A stretch of 64,000 nt of DNA from NCBI GenBank assembly GCA_039815375.1, contig JBCBZJ010000005.1, positions 82,337 to 146,336 of the forward strand. The letters are read 5' to 3'. Origin of the DNA: Verrucomicrobiota bacterium. Its GTDB lineage: Bacteria; Verrucomicrobiota; Verrucomicrobiia; Opitutales; Coraliomargaritaceae. Positions 58,136-64,000 of the stretch are shown piece by piece. The translations under genes were made by a program, and so were the position numbers. The notes under the pieces are model-generated. The model saw only the letters and a program-made list of their open reading frames with translations. It was not told the origin of the DNA and ran no database searches. How positions within the stretch are numbered: position 1 is the stretch's first letter; each line of letters begins with the position of its first letter.

Positions 58136-58522
58136 TTAGACGTTGTCCAGTTCTGATTGGACATGCCCTCCGTATTCAGGAGGGAAAATGATGTATCGAC
58201 TCAGCTTCCGCCTAAGTTCTTCAATTAGAGCAGGCTCCATAGGCTCATAAATGTCTTCGATGAAGAGAGTGATAATTTTCTTTCCTGATGCCTTCTCCTT
58301 AAATTTTTTTCTTATGCGGTTGGTATGACGCTTCTCCATAGTAAAAATAATGTCTGCCCATCCAATATCGCCTTCTGTTATTTTGATTCTTGCCCCGTTC
58401 TCGGTTCCACGAGACCTGATTTGGTAGAAGTCAAACTTCTCGTAAATTTTCTCCGCTGTGTAGCTCCGCATCTTATTTATGCTACAAACGAATAGAATCT
58501 TTTCAGTGTCTTTTGATTCCAT
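58136..58522 (-). CDS. Low-molecular-weight protein tyrosine phosphatase-like protein
   Basis: ILFVCSINKMRS P-loop (CX5R); WADIIFTME. Confidence 0.85.
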   Translation of the reverse strand: MESKDTEKILFVCSINKMRSYTAEKIYEKFDFYQIRSRGTENGARIKITEGDIGWADIIFTMEKRHTNRIRKKFKEKASGKKIITLFIEDIYEPMEPALIEELRRKLSRYIIFPPEYGGHVQSELDNV

Positions 58523-58709
58523 CTATTGGTTTTTTAATGTGTCCTGAGGAAAATGGACGTGTGGTTCTCTTAAGTAGAGGATTAGATCATGCAAAGACGA
58601 CGATACACTGCCGAGTATAAAAGCTAGGCTTCTTTTTCACTTTCAGCATCGCTGCTTTGCATTCCTTGGGCTCAATCCTCTTTATGGCAGGTCGGAACAT
58701 TTTTCCTTT

Positions 58710-58762
58710 TTAGAACGTCGAATGTGAGCGCTAAAGGCGTCGCCCCCCACGCCTGGCTCTAG
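58710..58762 (-). repeat. attC site (partly degenerate)
   Basis: CTAGAGC-caggc...tcgac-GTTCTAA; the inverse core is one mismatch from the complement of GTTCTAG at 59431-59437. Confidence 0.65.
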
Positions 58763-58783
58763 CTTTTTTAGATACTGCAAGGT

Positions 58784-59311
58784 TTACTTGTTTTGGGCGG
58801 ATGTTGAATTCGATCTCCGATTTAGAATGCGGAACACAACATTGGCAGCTAACCATGATCCGCCTATTACAGCGATCCATTTCCATAAGGTAAAATTCTC
58901 GCTAGGGGAAACTCGATACTCGCGAATCTGCAGACGAGCCTTATCAGGATCATCTGGAATATATTGAACAAGAACGCGGTTGCCAATGGTGAGGCCACTA
59001 AAGGTTTGGCGACTAACTTCATCTTCGAATTGAAAGAAGTCTCCACTTCGATCCTGAAATTGGGTTACCACTGTAAAGATGCGAGCGCCGGGCGTTGAGC
59101 TACTAAACAGGCCAACTCGTTCTTTATTCAGATCAATAATCGATCCCTTTGTTAGTACTCCGCGTTCTCGGAAGGCTTCTTCTTCAGGTATACGCACATA
59201 AATCTGCCAAGTCATAACGAAAACAGAAAAAGCAAGTAAGCAGCACGGTGGCCACATACGATAGCCAATGATCGCATCCAAGATATAACGGCCAATTATC
59301 TTTTTAACCAT
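58784..59311 (-). CDS. DUF3592-like membrane protein
   Basis: TM - beta domain (VLVQYIPDDPDKARL) - TM. Confidence 0.7.
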   Translation of the reverse strand: MVKKIIGRYILDAIIGYRMWPPCCLLAFSVFVMTWQIYVRIPEEEAFRERGVLTKGSIIDLNKERVGLFSSSTPGARIFTVVTQFQDRSGDFFQFEDEVSRQTFSGLTIGNRVLVQYIPDDPDKARLQIREYRVSPSENFTLWKWIAVIGGSWLAANVVFRILNRRSNSTSAQNK

Positions 59312-59430
59312 CCACCAATTCTTTTTACAGATACAAACATAGAGTAGAGCTCAGTGTTTGCAATGGAGCAGAACACTCTTTGGCAGAGATATGTCTGACT
59401 TCCTTGGCATTATTTGTTCATGCGAAATTT

Positions 59431-59481
59431 CTAGAACGTAGACGACAGACACGCCAAAGGTGTTGCCTGCGCTGGCTTTAG
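59431..59481 (-). repeat. attC-like site (degenerate)
   Basis: CTAAAGC-cagcgcaggcaacacctttggcgtgtctgtcgtctac-GTTCTAG; similar layout to 58710-58762. Confidence 0.55.
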
Positions 59482-59765
59482 CATTTTTCGGGGTAGGGAA
59501 CCTGCTGTGATGAAGACCGAGTTCTTCCTAAAGTAGTTTCAAGTGTTGGCCGGGGCACTTGAAGTCTTCGATCAGGAAATCCTCGCCTGCATGGGCACGC
59601 ACGAAGAAGCCGCGCTGTTTGAATCGCTATCCGAACCAAATGCACGCACTCGACAGACCTTCAAGTCTGAGATGTAGCTAGGACTGTAATCAACGGTGTT
59701 GAATCGGCTTGGTAGTAAGTGATCTGCATTATGATGCAACCGTTAGCTTAAGCTGTTTGATGGAA

Positions 59766-60452
59766 CTATTGGTTGATGAGCTGAATCGCTTTCTCGGCGA
59801 GCTTCTTTCCAAAATCCTCATAGCCTTGTCGGGTGTAGTGGATCTTGTTACTGTCTCCGTCAAAGCCGTCGGTATCGACCCATCCCCAGCGAGGATTGGT
59901 TTCGCAAAGCGTTTGCTGAATTCTTCGTATCTCAATCCAACCTGGGCTGTCCATTTTCGCATCGCTGAGGCGGCCAATGACTACGTTCATCTCATTGATG
60001 CTGAAATCATCCTGAACTTGCTGGATCAGTCCCTTGAGGTTGTTTTCGTAAACGACATGATGCTTTCCTGAGTCCGCCTCGCCCTGCATCCAGACAAAAG
60101 TGACTGTCTGAATTTCCTTTCCCGTGATCGCATCCCGGACTTTGGCCATTAGTCTGTCATAAAGATCTCCAATTGTTGAGGGATTTGCGTTCGGGTCCGG
60201 TTCCATACTTTGGTAGTTTTTGACGTCCTTCCACCCCCTATACCACCGTCTGATCGATTGCCCGCCTTCGGCATCCTTGACGACGATCACTTGATTCTCT
60301 CCGAATGCGTTTTGTACCGCCGGCGTAAAGGATAGGTTCGGGTCGAGTCTTTTCATATTGGACTGTCCTGATAAAATGAAGAGGTGAGTCTCATCTGCTT
60401 TAACGAAGGCAGCCGTAGTTAGCATTAGCAGGATTAGTAAGAAGCGATTCAT
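59766..60452 (-). CDS. Secreted SGNH sialate O-acetylesterase/CE6-like esterase
   Basis: Signal peptide; LFILSGQSNM, WMQGEAD and KIHY motifs. Confidence 0.88.
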   Translation of the reverse strand: MNRFLLILLMLTTAAFVKADETHLFILSGQSNMKRLDPNLSFTPAVQNAFGENQVIVVKDAEGGQSIRRWYRGWKDVKNYQSMEPDPNANPSTIGDLYDRLMAKVRDAITGKEIQTVTFVWMQGEADSGKHHVVYENNLKGLIQQVQDDFSINEMNVVIGRLSDAKMDSPGWIEIRRIQQTLCETNPRWGWVDTDGFDGDSNKIHYTRQGYEDFGKKLAEKAIQLINQ

Positions 60453-60479
60453 GGCATTATTCTTTGTTAATCTTCATTT

Positions 60480-60552
60480 GTCCAACGTGCAGGGGATGCG
60501 CGGAGAGTAGCGCAGTGCACGTAACTGAACTGAGACATCCGACTAGTTATGG
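60480..60552 (-). repeat. attC site
   Basis: CCATAAC-tagtc-GGATG...GCGCTACTCTCCGCG-CATCC...GTTGGAC. Confidence 0.65.
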
Positions 60553-60706
60553 TTTGCGTTCCAGTAAAGCCTTTCGGACCGATTTGGAAAGTGTCTTTGT
60601 CGATGCGACTCGTCTGATTGCTTTCTCTTCCGTTTCAGTATCTGAAGCTATTTCGTTCAGTCTCTGTTGTTGATGTGGGTGGATAACCGTTGCCACTATC
60701 GCTTAG

Positions 60707-61114
60707 TTATACCCATTCTTTTACTGGAGTTATCCATGCTGATGGGTGTTGGTTAAATCCGATTCTTGGGTAGTATTCTTTTGCAGTAGGTGCCGACAGT
60801 AGAATGATCTTACATGTAGGTTTTAAGGCCTTCGCAGTCTCTTCGACCAATTTCTTTCCTATTCCTTTTTTCTGATAGCTTGCGTCGATAGCAAGATCTG
60901 AGAGGTAACAGCAATAGTGATAATCGGTAACGCATCTTGATATGCCGATTAATTTTTCTTTTTCCCAGCACGACACGACTAGATTGGAATTTTCGATCAT
61001 GCCTTTAATTATGGCTTCATCGTCAATCGGGCGACGCTCACTCAAGGTTGATCGGATCAAGAGGCTCTTGAAGTCCTCTGGTGTGACGCTCTGCTCTGTT
61101 GAGTAAGTTAGCAT
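60707..61114 (-). CDS. GNAT family N-acetyltransferase (cassette)
   Basis: YLSDLAID...QKKGIGK motif; flanked by GTTATAC (61126-61120) and GTATAAC (60712-60706). Confidence 0.92.
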   Translation of the reverse strand: MLTYSTEQSVTPEDFKSLLIRSTLSERRPIDDEAIIKGMIENSNLVVSCWEKEKLIGISRCVTDYHYCCYLSDLAIDASYQKKGIGKKLVEETAKALKPTCKIILLSAPTAKEYYPRIGFNQHPSAWITPVKEWV

Positions 61115-61119
61115 TTTTC

Positions 61120-61668
<549 letters not shown>

Positions 61669-61677
61669 TTATATTTT

Positions 61678-61783
61678 ATCGAACGGTGAGGCTAGCCGCT
61701 CCTAGCCTGATAGTTTTGATATTCAAGGGATTGTCGAATTTTGAAGGTGCGTAACTGGTATTGTCTATGCCGACTAGTTCAGG
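61678..61783 (-). repeat. attC site (long family, 106 bp)
   Basis: CCTGAAC-tagtc-GGC(A)TA...TAGCC-tcacc-GTTCGAT: R box, 5-nt spacer, L box with an extrahelical base. Confidence 0.85.
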
Positions 61784-62158
61784 ATTCAACCGTTCTGGTG
61801 ATTTAGCTCTGAGCAAGTCTCTGATGCTGACTTTTCCAGCAGAGCCGGGAACCGCTTATCTCCGCTAACATACGCTTATGCTCTCCTCGTATAGTTTTCT
61901 GTTTTTTCGTCGTAGTGGGTTAGCGTCAATTAGCGGTTAAAAAATACGTCGGATTGCTAGTTCAGGATTCAACTGTGCTGGTGGTTTAGCTATGGGCAAG
62001 TCTCTGATACTGACTTTTCCAGCAGAGCTGGGAACCACTTATCTCCGCTAATATACGCTTATGCTCTCCTCGTATAGTTTTCTGTTTTCGTCGTAGTGGA
62101 TTCGCGTCAATTCGCGTTCATTAGCGGTTAAAAAATACGTCTGATTGCTCTCCTGAAC
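61777..62158 (-). repeat. ORF-less cassette made of two tandem units (~183 and ~192 bp)
   Basis: Plus-strand GTTCAGGA at 61777 and 61960; cassette core at 62158-62152. Confidence 0.9.
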
Positions 62159-62208
62159 GTCAAAGCGTGGCGGCTGCGTTAGCCGTTGCCACCACCACCT
62201 TATTCGCT
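62152..62208 (-). repeat. attC site (57 bp)
   Basis: AGCGAAT-aaggt-GGT(G)GTGGC...GCCACGCT-ttgac-GTTCAGG. Confidence 0.85.
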
Positions 62209-62736
62209 GTTGGTTATGCCGTAGAATTCAGTAGTGTGAAATCGCCCATCTTTGAAGATGTGATCTGCGAAGCTCCCTTCGTGTTTCATTCCGCACTTTT
62301 GCATTACTTTTCCTGAAGCCAGATTCTCTTTCATGTGATTCGCTTCTATCCTGCGGCATTTCAATTCTTTGAAGCCGTATTCGATAACTGCGTTCGCTGC
62401 TTCGGTGCAAAATCCTCTACCCCAGAAAGGAGTTCCGATCCAGTAGCCTAGGGTTCCTCTTTTGTGAGAGGGGTTGAAATCCAGCCCAACGGCACCAATA
62501 AGCTGACTGCCTTCTCTCGTCTCTATAGCGAGTGTTATGCCTTCTTGGTGGTAGAACTGTTTTGAATGTGTCGAAATCCACTGTTCCGCCATCCCATCCA
62601 GATAAGGATGGGGAACGAGAAGTGTGGTCTTTGCTACTTCTGGAGCTCCCGCTAGTTCTTGAACACGGTCAGAGTCTTCGATTCTGAATGCTCTAAGGAC
62701 TAATCGCTTTGTCTTTATTCTAGGGAAGTGCTTCAT
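62200..62736 (-). CDS. GNAT acetyltransferase, RimJ/RimL family (cassette)
   Basis: IKTKRLVLRAF, LGYWIG..FWGRG and NLASGKVMQKCGM motifs. Confidence 0.93.
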   Translation of the reverse strand: MKHFPRIKTKRLVLRAFRIEDSDRVQELAGAPEVAKTTLLVPHPYLDGMAEQWISTHSKQFYHQEGITLAIETREGSQLIGAVGLDFNPSHKRGTLGYWIGTPFWGRGFCTEAANAVIEYGFKELKCRRIEANHMKENLASGKVMQKCGMKHEGSFADHIFKDGRFHTTEFYGITNSE

Positions 62737-62742
62737 TTTATT

Positions 62743-63479
<737 letters not shown>

Positions 63480-63485
63480 TCTTTT

Positions 63486-63591
63486 GGTGAACGTAAAGGC
63501 TAGGTTATCCCAGCCTATTAGTTGTGATATTCAAGTGATTATCGAATTTTGAAGGTGCGTAACTGGTATTGTTTACGCCGACTGGTTCAGG
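63486..63591 (-). repeat. attC site (long family, 106 bp)
   Basis: CCTGAAC-cagtc-GGC(G)TA...TAGCC-tttac-GTTCACC; paralog of 61678-61783. Confidence 0.85.
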
Positions 63592-64000
63592 ATTTAACTG
63601 TGCTGGTGGTTTAGCTCTGAGCAAGTCTTCTGATGCTGACTTTTCCGGCAGAGCCGGGAACCGCTTATCTCCGCTAACATACGCTTATGCTCTCCTCGTA
63701 TAGTTTTCTGTTTTCGCCGTAATGGATTCGCGTCAATTCGCGTTCATTAGCGGTTAAAAAATACGTCGATTTGCTGGTTCAGGATTCAACCGTTCTGGTG
63801 GTTTAGCTCTGAGCAAGTCTCTGATGCTGACTTTTCCAGCAGAGCCGGGAACCGCTTATCTCCGCTAACATACGCTTATATTCTCTTCGTTTAGTTTTCT
63901 GTTTTTTCGTCGTAGTGGGTTAGCGTCAATTAGCGGTTAAAAAATACGTCGGATTGCTAGTTCAGGATTCAACTGTGCTGGTGGTTTAGCTATGGGCAAG
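63585..64000 (-). repeat. Second ORF-less cassette with at least 3 tandem units (truncated by the window end)
   Basis: Plus-strand GTTCAGGA at 63585, 63777 and 63960 (periods 192 and 183). Confidence 0.9.

Noticed and set aside
61811..61860. Hammerhead ribozyme or SAM riboswitch in the repeat unit (CTGATG..., CTTATC)
   Set aside because: CTGATG is not followed by A and there is no GAAA after the stem; SAM-I core elements are missing.
63777..64000. Assembly duplication of 61777-62000 (offset exactly 2000 bp)
   Set aside because: The copies differ at 5 positions and have different left neighbours, so a true duplication is more likely; long reads would settle it.

Overview
Bacterial chromosomal window. 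Gene content and protein style suggest Verrucomicrobiota (Opitutales/Puniceicoccaceae-like); this is inferred, not tested. About 56 kb is mostly housekeeping: tRNA-Phe, initiator-type tRNA-Met, menB, metG, mrp, tolB, oleA/oleB, a hybrid sensor kinase, der, a KS-ACP-FAD oxidoreductase lipid cluster, galE, uvrC, cinA, tcdA, lemA, serC, hemA-ccsA-hemH, katG, lpxC-fabZ/lpxA, a DegP-type protease, and a PilB/GspE operon with two degenerate NtrC-like regulators. The right end (~56.8-64 kb) is an integron-type gene-cassette array on the minus strand. I identified it from attC sites whose GTT-type core at the start of a cassette is complementary to the AAC-type inverse core at its end. No integrase lies in the window. 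Two of the cassettes are essentially ORF-less and consist of tandem 183/192-bp units in an alternating A/B pattern with a variable copy number (2 versus at least 3); this is the most unusual structure here. Small satellite cassette clusters occur at ~15-16.3 kb (same attC family, with a YefM-YoeB toxin-antitoxin pair) and ~36.2-37.2 kb (degenerate attC). Product calls come from motif recognition by eye, not database searches.
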